DNA from: Paraglomus brasilianum
Lineage: Eukaryota
Length of the DNA: 64,000 nucleotides
Assembly (NCBI GenBank): GCA_910592345.1
Contig: CAJVPI010000021.1
Span: 1 to 64,000, forward strand
Reading direction: 5' to 3'
Translations under genes and position numbers: made by a program
Shown: positions 26,532-40,524 of the stretch, in pieces
How the letters are laid out: the number at the start of each line of letters is the position of its first letter
How positions within the stretch are numbered: the stretch's first letter is position 1
The notes under the pieces: generated by a model
Databases searched by the model: none
What the model saw: only the letters and a program-made list of their open reading frames with translations
What the model was told of the DNA's origin: nothing

Positions 26532-27793
26532 TCAACTCTGGCTGTCATTTTCAGGCCTATTGTTCTCTTCTCTATATCTGTTGCGACCGTCGTCGCCATT
26601 TGATTCGGTTTGTTCTGGTATGATTATGAGATCTTTCGATACGAGTTTATATCGAGTCGATAGTTTAAGGAATCTCGCATATAAAAATGTTTCAATCTAT
26701 TGGAAAATTAATCTTAATCAATGATAAAAAAATAATAATACAGAAGCTATAATTCGGTTTACCTCGAATGCTTCGAAGATTTCCCTATGATGGAAGTAAG
26801 CATGAGCAAATATCCGATATAACCTTCGCGAGATTTCTTGATAGTTTTTTAGCGAGGTGGCCGGGATAGACATTCTATAAACATATCAATTAGTAAGTTG
26901 AGCAATCTGATTATTAATGAAAAGCTTGAAATACCTGCTTGGAAATAATCTGGGGTCATTCAGTGAGCTTATTGATTGATCCAAAGTATGCACGATATAA
27001 TCCATTGCAGAACACTGCTCTCACCAAAATACATATGGAAAGGAGTTAGCCTTTTCTTTAAGAAAATGCAGAAAGCAAAAAAAAGTGGGTCGATTTTTAT
27101 CCCCCAAGTCTGACTAATTCAATGTTTTCTTACATACGGAAGACTTTGGATGTGTTGCGCATAGATATTGAAATTCAGTCGTTTTCATTTCTCGACATGT
27201 TTCCCTAGTGCATTCAGACAATAACTGTACGACAAGATATCCGAGTTCAAGACAGAGTTGTCTATAATATTCGTAATCAGTTAGATGTAATAGAGCGTAA
27301 AATGTCAGCACGCAAGAAACGTAACTAATCGCTTCAAAAAAAAGATATTAGAGAGCAGGCGACACTCACACCATTAACTATTTACCTACCTTAAATGCTC
27401 GTATTGCCATGCGTCTGCATCCTGCCCTTCCGGCACGTTTACAAGAAGATCCAAGTTTTCCTTGTCTGTTCTTATCAGGGATTGTAGATACTCTTGTAAA
27501 GCAAAAGCCGAATCTATGTCGTCAAGCGAAATAGGTACATGTGGGTATACGTCCTGCAACATAACATTAGCAATGTTAAGGCAATGTGAAAACTTTTAGA
27601 TCTGGTTACGTAGAGTTTGAGACACTAATCCTACCTCAAGTCTAGTCCCGACGGGAATACGTCTTAATGGTTTTGGTGAAGTCTTTGTAACTTTGGGCGT
27701 CGTGGGCGAATTCTCGGCAGGATTAGCTGCTGAAGAAAGCTCGTGTGTTGTGACATGTGGACTCTCTGTTACCGTGACTGGTTCCTCGCTCAT
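26532..27793 (-). CDS. MOB4: MOB4/phocein (STRIPAK Mob3) kinase activator, multi-exon
   Basis: SAFALQEYLQSLIR...PEGQDADAWQYEHLR|QLCLEL...CREMKTTEFQYLCATH|CSAMDYIVHTLD...FPSR|...RRLYRIFAHAYFHHREIFEAFE|..FLYARF. These are phocein-type motifs. Confidence 0.92.
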
Positions 27794-28268
27794 TCTTGGC
27801 AAAGCAAAAAACTCTACTATCGGTAACCAAAAAGGGTCTATTCACATGACAAGGAGTTTCCGGGCCTGTGTTCATTCCGGAAACTCAAGATAAAGTAAAA
27901 TTGCCATTTGGTACACAAAAGTTATTTATCAACTTGGAGATATATCAGACCCATGCCAAAAATTCATATCTACACTTTTCTAACCAATGAGTAATTTTAC
28001 AGAATGCAAATGATCGCGCGGCATAATGATGTGCACAACGCAACAACCTTTGCCCTATTACGCACATACGACACTTTGCTACAACTCACGAACAAAGTAT
28101 TCAAAACGACACGTTTATCAACCACGTAATTGATGCTCATATAAACACAATTTTATTGACAATTACCTAACTCAGTTATAACATGTTTTTCAACATATTA
28201 AACAACTTTACAACAATAAACAACATTATAACATGACCTAAATAATATAACTTTCTCCAACTCGCCGC

Positions 28269-28791
28269 TCAGTCAATAGTAATCTTCTTCGGTTGGACGG
28301 CTTCAATTTTTGGAAGCGTTACTTCCAAGACACCGTCATTAAACTTCGCACTGATTTCTGCAGACTTTACGTTATTCGGCAGGCTGATTGAACGTGAGAA
28401 ACTGCCCCAACGACGTTCTCTAATATGAGTATTGCCTTCATTGTACTGTTGGTCCTTTTTGGTCTCGCCAGATATCACCAGAGTATTTTCACGCACGTCC
28501 AAATTGATTTGATCTTTTTTAACACCCTATGTGATTGAAAAACCGTGAGACGTTGCAACAATGGCTGAATAGTTAAAAACCATCGAGCAAATGACTTACC
28601 GGCAGCTCGGCGGTCACAATATAATCCTTATCCCTTTCGTGAACGTCAACGAGTGGAGCCCATTTCTGTCGATCATTGTTAGGGCGTCTGGTTGTTTCCC
28701 CGCGTCTTGTCACTCCAAGATCTCTGACAAAGTCGTCGAAAAGACGGTTAACTTGATGCTCCAGACGGTCGTCGAATCCGATGATTGACAT
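28269..28791 (-). CDS. Small heat-shock protein (HSP20/alpha-crystallin), 2 exons
   Basis: WAPLVDVHERDKDYIVTAELP|GVKKDQINLDVRENTLVISGE...ERRWGSFSRSISLP...AKFNDGVLEVTLPK. Confidence 0.95.
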
Positions 28792-28885
28792 TTTGTGGTT
28801 TTGGTTGTTGTAGAGTTTTTTGGTTGTAGTAATTTTGCAGTAATTAATTGCAATCTGATTTTGTTTTTTGTTCGAATTGCTGTTG

Positions 28886-29037
28886 TATATATATTGATAT
28901 TTCCACGCTCTAGAATCTTCTAGCCGTGGAAATCGTATGATGCAAAATCGTATGATGAAATTCTATGATATTCCCAGATCGACGGCTTAACATAACAATG
29001 GGAAGAATTCCATACAAAAGGAAATGATTTCCAGAAT
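28886..29037 (-). promoter_or_regulatory. HSP20 promoter: TATA-like run and heat-shock elements
   Basis: tatatata at ~28887-28894; cTCtaGAAtcTTCtaG at 28908-28923 (alternating nGAAn units); further units such as ttccagaa near 29029-29036. Consistent with HSF sites upstream of a small HSP gene. Confidence 0.7.
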
Positions 29038-30654
29038 GATCTGGTAATGCCACACCATTATTATTACGTCATGATAAAAATACAGTACGACGAGGCAAAT
29101 ACTAAGCGAGAAGAAAGGCTTCAAGCATTAAAAACAAACCCTTCAATAGTCTCATAATACATCTTTTTACTGTCATTGGATATTTCACGCAACCACCGAA
29201 CAGATTCAAAGATATAGAACGCTTAATTGTATTTATTGGTTGTAAAGTTGTATCGAATGGTATCTACAGCAATACTATGGTTAATATTTAAAACTTTCAC
29301 AAGTAAATTTGGCTAAATTCTAGCTTTGAGTGGTTTCTTTTTTAAACTGCCGTTGTTCTCTATAATAGATTTATCCAATCAATAATATATTAAAACTTGC
29401 GCTGGCTAATAAGTTTTCGATATACAGCATTGTTCGATACGCTCCCATTACGTACTTAACTTCAAAACCTATTTCCATAACAAATAAGCAATACTAATAT
29501 TACTAGATATTAGCACACATAATATATGTACATTTTATTTTGTTATGTTGATTAGTGTCAAAAACTTCATTCATCGAATAAACATAAAGCTAGTCGAACA
29601 ATAATTATAAACCCAGGAAGTTTGTTCGTGCTAAAATTTACAAGACTCTTTAATGTCAAGGTGTTTCTCAGTCAACCAATAAGAAAGGTAAATCATTAGT
29701 AAGATTATAGTGTAGAACTATTTACACAATTGGTAAGTACACGTTCAGCACGTAACTTATTTGCAAATTGCAAAAATGACTTCATTCCTTATGAAATTCA
29801 GCAAGCAAACTGATTTAACATACGTCTGGACATATAGGAAGTATTAAACCATTCACAAGAACACGAACATACCGGATTGATCGAACTAAAATTTATTGTA
29901 ATGTCATCTCCCTTCGATGCTTACATAATGAGTTTACTCGCAATGCATTATCATCATTATTATTGAGACGAGGATAGAGATTTACAAGATTAGAAAACGT
30001 TCGGAAAAGTGAATGCTAACTTTCCTTCAAAAGGAATTTCGCTTTGAATTACTTTTTATTTTTTTTTGTCTTTTTCTCCATGTTTATCGCTCATATTAAT
30101 ATAGAAGAAATCACCATCGAAGAAGCGTCTTGTAAGAAGCGAATGCTATCAACATTGGTAGTAGTAACACAGAGCAAATCCGATTTGGATTCCACAGATC
30201 GGTTTTTTCCCAGCGAGACAGTCATACAGATTATGAATGTTAAATATGCTTATGTCTCATATCCCACGTACCTGTTCGCAAGAAGACAAGTTTGAGGGGT
30301 CTTCGAGAAAATGGAGATTACTAATGGGCATATGAAACAGAGTGGCGAATGAGCTATTGTAAGGAGATTTTTTAATTTTTTGTAATAATTAAGGCTTGTC
30401 CGTAGGGACGAGATAAAATGAACACGTTTCATCGATCCTGATACACTTTTATAGTGTGCTTTACTATAACGTGTCCAGACAACGTGAAATAACACTGATC
30501 AACACGGAGATTTTTCAATATGGTAACGAATGTTCATTCGATAGCCTATGAAGAAAAAGAATTTCCAAACATCGGCACATTCACATCGCTCATGATGTAA
30601 CCAGTCTTTTTCCATTTTCCCACATTCCCCCGATACCACCAACAACAAGAAAAC

Positions 30655-32482
30655 ATGGTTTATAAGATTCCATTGTTAGTCGAACCACTTGTTTCTGATC
30701 GAGCCAAGAAGTTAATCGAGCTTCTTGACGACTTTGTCGAGGTACTTGATTTGTTTAGGAAAAAATCAAAGCCTACAGTCTCAAGCAACAGGATTTTGTC
30801 TTGTCAGTAAATAACCATGATATCTTTTAGAATGAATGTATTCCTTCAGAACTTATCTTCCATGCTCAATTGGGAAAAGGAGAAGACCGATGGAAGGCAA
30901 GTTTGGGTTACATGATATGTCGTTTTATATAGTTTTTTTTGTTGAAAGCGCGATTTATATGAAATCTAAACTTTACTGTAATAAAAATTACCAAGTCCGG
31001 TTGAACGTCTAACCATTATCGGATTTTCTCGCTTTAGGTTGTTCCAAACGTAATTGAAGAACTCAAAAAGAAAGCTCGAAAATTGGGTTTATGGAATTTA
31101 TTTTTATCAAGAGACTACAAAGAGGGCGCTGGCCTTACAAATTTAGAATATGGTTTGATGGCAGAGATCACAGGCAAATGTTTGCGTCTTGCGCCAGAGG
31201 TATGCAGGAACAACAGATTGCTCATTCCCCATTATATTCAATGCCCACTTTTTTTCCCCTCACACAAATCATTACTCTTTTTCTAAAAAGGCCATAAATT
31301 GTTCAGCTCCAGATACCGGCAACATGGAAGTCTTTGCAAAGTATGGTACTCCGGAACAAAAAGCCCGATGGTTAACTCCACTTCTCGAAGGCAAAATTAG
31401 GTCTGCTTTCGCAATGACCGAAAAGGCTGTTGCTTCTTCTGACGCCACAAACATTTCAACGTCGATAGTTCGTGATGGTGACCATTACATCATCAATGGA
31501 CACAAATGGTGGATCTCTGGTTCTGGTGATCCGAGATGTAAGGTGTTCCTATTGATGGGAAAGTCAGATCCGAATAACAAACAAAAGCATCGGCAACAGA
31601 GCATAGTGATAGTTCCGGCTGACGCGGAAGGGATAACTATTGTTAGGCCATTGACGATTTTTGGATACGATGATGCGCCAGAGGGGCATTGTGAGATTAT
31701 TTTCAGAAATGTACGAGTCCCGAAAGAGAATATCATTCTTGGCGAAGGACGAGGATTTGAGGTTATTCAAGGACGTTTGGGACCCGGAAGAATTCATCAT
31801 TGGTAATTCAAGTGGATTGTGTTTGATACGAACAATGAAGTTGAGATTTACCGTCTGAACTGAACCTTCCCCCCCCCCCCCCCCCGCCCCAATTATGGCG
31901 TCCCACTAGCATGCGAAGTATCGGGGCAAGCGAAAGGGCTCTCGATCTGATGTTATTACGAGTAACAGATCCGTCTCGTAAAACGTTTGGTAAACTGCTC
32001 GCCCAACATGGGACTATAGTTGCTGATATTGCCCGTATGCGTATAGAAATCGACCAAGCACGACTTTTTGTTCTCAATGCTGCTCATATGATTGACAAGA
32101 AAGGGGCTAAAGGAGCCATGAAGGAGATTGGGATGGTCAAGGTGATAATATCATGTCTTTTCGTACTATATTATTAAAATCAGTTTTTCTATCACTCCAC
32201 AAGTCGATGCGTATTCACCGTACGTAGCCTTTGTCTTTTTAGATCGTTGCTCCAGCAGTTCTTTTAAATGTACTAGATCGGTCGATACAAGCTCACGGAG
32301 CTGGAGGCGTGTCTGAAGACTTTCCGCTTGCTGCAATGTATGCTGCTGCACGTACGCTGAGATTTGCTGATGGCCCTGATGAAGTCCACATTCAACAGGT
32401 TGGAAAACTAGAACTTAAGAGAGCGGATGAAGTTAGAAAGAATGCCGAGAAAAGACCTAGAAAGATTGTTAGTAAGCTTTAG
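30655..32482 (+). CDS. Acyl-CoA dehydrogenase (ACAD10/11-type) ending in peroxisomal PTS1 -SKL
   Basis: [81 protein letters not shown]; the C-terminus is ...KIVSKL*. Confidence 0.93.
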
Positions 32483-34449
32483 AAAAAGAATATTGTCAGG
32501 TTTAACGTTCACGTGATTTTGTCAGAAAGTATATCACGCGATTACAGTGTAATTATTTAATTTTTACTTATAATTAAAGTTTTTGCAAGCCTGGTTAAAC
32601 TTACTGACGACCAGAAACTTTTGTCTTGATTTTGGCCTGTCGAGAGCAGTATAAAAGCAGAGAATGCTCGCATTAGGCAATTAATATACCCGAGCGGGAA
32701 GAATGTGGCCAGCTTTTGCTCTCATCAGAAATCTATGCTTATTCTTTTTGCGTCGTTGCCCTTCCATGTAAAACATTCATCCTCCCTGTCATATTTTAAA
32801 AGATCGTGGCGCCATTTATCTTAACTAGTGTTACCGAGTCTAGAGTAGATGGTCGCTCTGATAATGACTCATGAAAAGTAATAAGTTCACGTGATTGACC
32901 AAAGAAATCACCAGAATGGCGTAAGGATTTTCTCCGCTCTCGGATATGTTCACGATAGATTACTGCGTCCGTTTTACAAATAAGGTGTTAAATACCAGCT
33001 TTGGAACGAACACGAGCCAATGTCCGGTGAGAACATTGGGTAAACAAAGATCATTTGGCCCGTGACCTGTTATATTACGGCGGACACTCATTTAAGTCTT
33101 TGACAGAATAATGGGGAGAAAAAAATTAGGATTCTGGAATCACACAAAATTTTTCAATCAATCTTTTTGTTCTGGCCACATGCATTCGTTATCCACCATT
33201 TTTGCAGCAGATATGACGTTATTGATAAAGAAGTTAAATATGGGGGGGTGTTGACGTGCTTTATGATATCATAATTCTTCCATCTGGTTCGATTCTATTC
33301 TGTTTCATTGTGTGTGGGAAACAGGATTTGTCGAGCAGAGAACATGTTTGAGCCGAGCAATGGGGATTGACTATGCCATTTGTAGTGTTGGTGGCCATTT
33401 ACTAATAAAATGTTGGATTGGGGAACTACAATTCTGGCGAGTTGTGATACAAGCAACAATATAACACACAATATGCGTAGAATTTGTTGTTACCAAGACT
33501 GATTGTATATAATATGTACGTATTATATATTACAAGCAAGATGCTCTTTCAATTCGTTAATATTTTTTATGCGTGTGAGGTCCCGAATTGGAATAGATGC
33601 TCACTGTATCATTTGGATTAATGCCATCAGACATTAAAAATAATCTCACCAATTGTAAATCATTCAAGTAGCAGCCTGTGCTGCCCTGTGCCCAACTCGA
33701 ACAAACAAAACACCAAAAAATCCACTATGCTGCTGACATCACATCCAATCACCAGACCAGATGTACACATGACCACAACTGGCCCAACATACCCAACATC
33801 CCATGGGTATACAGAAATAGGGGCAGATAAGCGATAAAATTAAAAAACCGAGGAAATAATAATGATGACGATATAATAAATGGTAAGTAGTATAAATAAT
33901 ATAATTAATAAGTAGTATAATAAATAATATATTCCTGTTTAGATTAGTCCCTTCATAACTTATTTAAAAAAAATTTCCACAAAAGAAAAACATTTTTATA
34001 CCCCACTCCCCCCTCTCTCATCGCACAATTTTAACTTTCCCAGCCTCTCTATTGCGTTCCATATCACATACAATCACATCCCCCATCCCAATACAACATA
34101 TTCTATCTGCCAACTGAACCATTCATATATCGTTCCCTCATTGTCTTGTACGGTCCTGGCAGCACATTACTACTACTATTTATACATTTGTATTTCACCA
34201 ATACCTTTATTACAACACGGGAAGCCTCGCTGCGCTTGGTGACACCGTATAATCGTTTTAGACCTCAAACTCCTTGTGACTACTGGTATCAAAATTATAT
34301 AAACAGACCTCTTTTCCTCCTGAACGACGGAGACATTGATACAACTACACATCGCATACATAACAATCACAGTTACATCATAATCACATCACAATCATAT
34401 AAATCCGTCAAAAGTGTAAACTTACAAGACACATTCGCAGACAAAAGCA

Positions 34450-35522
34450 ATGGACTCCATGGGCTACAATCAAGAACAGATGGTAGAAAATGGAAGACTT
34501 TATGCTGCTGGAGACCAAATGTCGAGAGTTAAAGGTACGGCAGACAAGTTGATTAGAAAAAGTGCATGAGAAAGAGATTATTCTAGAGAATGTAGCAAGA
34601 ATATATTTACATCCAAGAGGGTGATGAACGGAAGGCATCAAAGAACAAAAAGAACTGTATCGATATCAGTTATTACATTTGTCCCAAAAGACAAATAGAA
34701 TTAGATACACGCACAACACACACTCACACACACTGCATACCTACCCCTCTACTGCGACTACTATGACTATTACCACTGCCGTTTTCCACTTTGACAATGA
34801 CTAAACTTGTATCTTTTCTTCTCTTTTTAACACAGTCGAACAGCCAATGCAATTAGTCGACCATTCTCACCACCCGCCGCTTCTCAGGAGAGATGACCAC
34901 TCTCAAGTAGTCGTTCCCCAACATTCGACCAACCATGGCTCCCCTCCTTCTACAACCGCAAAGACTACCTATACTTGTAAACACTGTGGGAAGAAGTATA
35001 AGCATAGGAACTGTTTGGTCAAAGTAGGTTAATCGACGACTATGTTTTTTCTAGACTGGCAATGTAACGACGTCACCACCAGAAAAACGTCAATACTATT
35101 ATCAAGAGTCGCTTATTTCTTATCATTCTATCTTCCCATAACCTTTTCTAGCATTTGTGGGAACACCACGAGAGCTGGGAATTGTGTCTAAAGTTTAACC
35201 TGACTAAACACCAGCAGGTGCAGATGATGGAGGTATGTCTAGCATATATAACTTGACAAGGGACGGGTGTAAACAAAGTTGGGAGAGGTCGGCAGTAACC
35301 TTTAAGGCCTGGAAAGTTGAGCAGGTTGAGGGAATGAGAGGGAACGTGAGGGAAAAAAAAAGGGTATTAATATGTTAAAAGTACTAACGAACGCTTTTTA
35401 TTTTTGATTTGACGTACGGCTTTCGGACACATTGACAACAATGATAACAACTTTACCTCTCGACGTTTCACGTTCAGGCCGCACAAATTCTTGTGGATCT
35501 CGCTTGTATAAAACAACATTAA
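34450..35522 (+). CDS. Small fungal C2H2 zinc-finger protein with KHQQVQ motif, 4 exons
   Basis: MDSMGYNQ...SRVK|VEQPMQ...YTCKHCGKKYKHRNCLVK|HLWEHHESWELCLKFNLTKHQQVQMME|AAQILVDLACIKQH*. All junctions are GT-AG. Confidence 0.82.
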
Positions 35523-37908
35523 ACATTTTATCCCATTCTCTTCATTTTCCTATTCATTCCGACCATACACTCCATTCCCATTCCCACCATTCTCCATTCC
35601 TCATTCCACAATCTATCAACATCAATTCCCAATATATAACCCCTCCACATATACACACGCACACCTCTTTGTACATTTTTTACCCCCCTTTAAATTCTTA
35701 TTTTCCTCGCTTATATTTTTGAAATTGTAATTACACCGATTTGGCGTTATGGAACAGGCCGTCGCAATAATACCACTTTATTCTACCCACTTTTAGATAT
35801 ATCTATATGAACAATGAAATACCTAACGACACCTGTTTCCATTATATATATATAGCCGTCGGTTGTTCATAAACATTTAAAGATTGTTTTCTCTTTTCTT
35901 TTACCCGCTTTCTAAACTACTCTATGATAGTCTCAATTTTATAGTATTTTCCTGCTATTTGCATTGCTTAGGGATATTTGTTATGTTCAATTGTTCTAAC
36001 TATATTCGTTATTTGACTCTGAGTACTTATGATTATAAAATTAAAAAGAATATCAGGGCTGAAAAAAGAGAGGGAATTAGGACAGGCATATTATTAGAAA
36101 TAGTAGACATATGAGTGTGCTTTGTTCTAGTTTGTATATAGAGTTTTATTATTTCCCCACCCTTTACATTTACGTGAATATTAAGTGTTTATTGAATAGT
36201 AGTTGACGAGCTTCTCTCTGTCTGTTGCCCCATATCAATTATCTAACTCATTCTTCGTTTTGGATGTTATTATATTGTATGCAGTATCAGATACTAATAG
36301 TTCATTTACATTTAGACTCCATGATGGTTTATTATTTACCAATAATCTCTTTTTTTTTGTTTATCTTAAACAAAAGAATAATATACTACTTCCACATATA
36401 TGACTGTCTTTCTTTTCTTTCCTTTCTTTCCTTTTTTTTATTTCTTTTCGTCCTTGTCACATTCCCGTTTCAAATTTAGGACATCTAAAATGTAATTACT
36501 GATATAAACTGTATAAAATGAATAATCAGTTTTTTTATTATTGATAAGTAATCGTAATCGGCATAGATTTGCTGCATCTGTTTTGGGTAAAATATTTGGA
36601 CCTGAGCACCTGACGATCTCAATCGTACCAAAAAAGGAGGGACCCACAATTAAATAACAAAAAATATACACAGATGTCATCCCTTAAAAAAAAAAGTTTC
36701 AAAAAATTTTGTGCGCCTCACAAGTGACAACGAGAAAACCATAAAACAAAAAGGATATATCAAATCATTATATAATTGGAATTGTAATATTAATTGTAAT
36801 AAGGTACACCAATTATGTTATTGCCAACCTCCCTTTGAGACTCCTTATAAAAAACAATTCTTTGGGATGCATTAATGACGTCCTTTCCCATTTCGGCACA
36901 TAGTACTGTAATAACCCACTCTCTCACGCCCTTGTGGACTTTTTCCCGCTTTTTCACGATAGCACTGGGCACGCATGAGCCGAGGTGGAATGGCCGATGT
37001 GATTGGCGGTGATCTAACACTATGCTAATACTTCGGAATATTCTGACTCCGACCGAAATAACGATATCTTAAAATAACCCTCTATTAACCATAATTAGGT
37101 CATATGACTTATGCACATTCACTTATCGCATGCAATCATATTACAATCCCTTCTCCCTTCTCTAATCCCAAATAAGTATAGACTTTGTGTGTACTATATA
37201 TATACATATTGGTGTTTCAGAGTGGCGAATGACTCATAGTGAGGCAATTTATAGGTCTTGGTAATTGCAGAATTGGGGAACAGAGCAAAGGAATTTTCTT
37301 TATATGTTGTGGCGCGATGGGGTATAGTCACGTGTATATTAGCAGACATTTATAATATTAATATTATAAATAAAAATTTTTAATAATAAAGTAAAAATAA
37401 CTAGTACTAGTACAACAATGACAACCAGCGACATTTTCATTAGTATTAGGCGATGCATCCCTGAACTCGAAGATTGCCTAACATTTGTCAATTATGACGA
37501 ATCGGTCCTTCTCGTTTATCGATTTGTAGATTCCGTCATGTGATTTACTGCAAAGCTGTCAAAGAACAGAGAAATGAAACGAAAAGGGGGTGGGAAGCAA
37601 ACAACTCGCTTATTACTCTTCATTGCAAACTTTTGGTACAATTACCGACAGCACATACGTTCAAGAGACCCATTTTTATCACAGACTTTGTTTCCTTATC
37701 ATATCGGTCACATGCCACCAACCACAATCAATCCCGTTGCCCACTAGAAACCCAGTGCCCAAATAAATTGATCCACGTGTAAACAAAAATTAAAAAGTAT
37801 GGAGAATTCAGTTTTCGCAAAAAAAAGAGTCGTTCCGAGTGGGATTTTGATTTGATATCGGGTGTGAGTGTAGAGAGTTAAAGCCAAAAAAAACCAAGTT
37901 ATAAAAAT

Positions 37909-40524
37909 ATGGATCCAGAGACGCCTCCGTCGTCTAGCTCTTCGCGGTACTTATTTCAACATTAATACTCGGAAATGCAACTGTTTTCGTCTGTTTACAA
38001 CGAAAAACCACGTTTTTAATCTGCTTCACGATTTCCTTCCGGATGTCGTTTCGATCCCCGAATATTGTCCAATAATTGTACAGAAAAGTACCACGTATCA
38101 AGATAGAGTCGACACGTTCAGCAGGTGATCCTGGCGAGAAAAGGAGGAGTTTACGCTTAAGAGGAAGACGTTCAAAGAGCGTCGGAGGACTCTCACAAAC
38201 TGACGACAGTGACGATGGCACTACTGACGATGCAGCATTATTATCACCAAGGATACTTCGAAGGACTAATGTTAAGAAGGAGAGTTTTGATGGTTAGTAA
38301 TAGTAATGAAACAAAAGAATTACGATAGAATCAACACACAAAAGTTATTACGTACCAAAATCGGGATGCTTTGGGCCTGGAAACTTTAATTTATACTCAT
38401 CGAGCTTATTTAACAAACCTCACAAACCCATCATATTTCAATAGATTTCATAAAACGGAGACGAAATGTACTTGAAAAGGAACGATCAACAATATCGCTA
38501 TACACCTCGCCTATACTCGTATTAACGTATTTTTTGGCATATATTTGGCATCAAACGAAAGAGATCGTATCATATGCAAAATCGCGAAAGTGGTTATTAA
38601 CATCGATGCCTGCTTTGATTTTATTTTTGAGATTACTCATGCTAATCGAGGGTGTTCATCAAAAGGTACGTCGAAATCAAAAAGTTGTTTTCTTTTTTGT
38701 TTGCTTGCCCACTTTTGATTCGAGCCATAACTTGTAAACTCTCCCCTCCAGATTATCCATAATGTTCAATCGCTAATCTTCTGGTACGTCTATTGGATCG
38801 GTCTGGGCATTGCATCTTCGGTAGGGCTCGGAACTGGATTGCACACATTCGTACTGTTCCTTGGACCACATATTGCCGAAGTGACTTGGGTCGCATATAC
38901 TTGTGGTAATCTGGATTTTGACACTCAAGGGCCTGATAGGTGAGAATAGCCAGAAAGTCTCCGGGGGGAAGGGGAATGGGGGTATCTAGATTAGTGAACT
39001 GATGGTATAGCATCCATCAGGCTTCAGATGCTCCCAAGAACTTGTCTGCGTGATATTACTTTGTCATAACGTAATATTTCCTGTTTCGCTTTTCGTCGCC
39101 CCATGTTTTATAAAGATTTCGATGTAAATCAGAAATTATCGACTTGGGATCGGTGACTTTATGGCGTATATTTCGAAGGGTCCAATGGGAGTCATTCTTC
39201 TGGGGATTAGGAACAGCAATTGGGGAACTACCACCATATTTTGTGGCTAGAGCCGGTACAAATGTTTCTAAATCCGGTTGCAGTCGTGCTATGAGTGAGC
39301 CTCACGACTCTCTAATTCTCCAAGTTGTTCCGTGCTGATTTCTCGAATAATTAATTACATATTCTAGCTGCATTATCTGGAAGCCGTAGTGAAGAGCTTG
39401 CAACCATTGACAAAATAATGGAACAGAATCCGGGCAGTATTTCGTACAAGGAAAGAATACTAGTTTATATCAATAGGTTGATGCAGAAATTGGGGTTCTG
39501 GGGAATCTTTTTATTTGCTTCAGTAAGTGCGTTTGTACTAAAAAATTGTTGGAATTATTTAATATCCCCGATTACAGTTGTTCTAACAACATTACTTGTG
39601 TAATTGCAGATACCCAATCCGCTGTTTGATTTGGCTGGAATTATATGTGGCCAATTCCTGGTTCCGTTTTCTACTTTTTTTGGTGCGACGTTTCTTGGCA
39701 AAGCTGTTGTTAAATCCACAATACAAGTAATGATAACTTTTTTTAATCAACGATTTATGGACGACAAATGGTTAAACGTCTCACGATATTTCTCTTATGT
39801 AACATAATAGACTACGATAGTCATACTGTTATTCTCCCAGAACACCCTTGATGCCTTACTTGAAACAACACAACTACATTTCCCTTATTTACACGATAAG
39901 TTGGAGAACGCAGTTGAGAAACAGTTAAGGATTCTACGTCGTGAAGAAGGTGTTGAAGCCCCAGAAGATGGATTGGTAATTATTACGTCTATTTGATATA
40001 TTCGGACGTTGACTAAAAGAGGATCATACAACGCAAGAGAGTGTGGCGTGAGAGTGCTTCATGTGACATACAGAAAAGCCCTGTATATTGAATTTGTATG
40101 TAGTAACCTGATATTGTTGTCGCGCAAGAAATGTCGGCACATCTTACAACATTATACATCATGAAGCATTAATTCTATAGCAGTCTTCGTTCCTTATCAA
40201 GTCTTCGGTCCTGGTCTCGATTAACTCACGATTCTTTCATTTATTTAGGGTAACCCCAGTTACATTTCACTAGCCTGGAACACTTTCTTCAATCTTATGC
40301 TAGCATATTTCGCTTTATCAGTTATTGAAACATTAGCCATTGCTCACTTAAAGCGTGTGCATGATAATGAACTGGAGGCTCTTGAACTGAAGGCAAAGCA
40401 AACAGAAGAGGATAATAAGAGGTTGAATGAGGAAAAAGAAGAGGATTATTCTATGATGATAAAGAGTGCTGTTGAGGGTCAGTTTAGAGAACCTTTACCA
40501 ATTAGAGGTTATTTAAGTGATTAG
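37909..40524 (+). CDS. VMP1: Vacuole membrane protein 1 (DedA-superfamily ER scramblase), multi-exon
   Basis: [93 protein letters not shown]. These are VMP1 hallmark motifs. Confidence 0.93.

Noticed and set aside
31867..31890. Long poly-C run and the poly-Gly antisense ORF
   Set aside because: An intronic homopolymer; the ORF is antisense to the acyl-CoA dehydrogenase.
34621..34700. Box C (GTGATGA) in the zinc-finger gene intron
   Set aside because: No box D or terminal stem at a suitable distance.
38963..38982. G-quadruplex in a VMP1 intron
   Set aside because: Only three separate G-runs, so not a canonical four-run motif.
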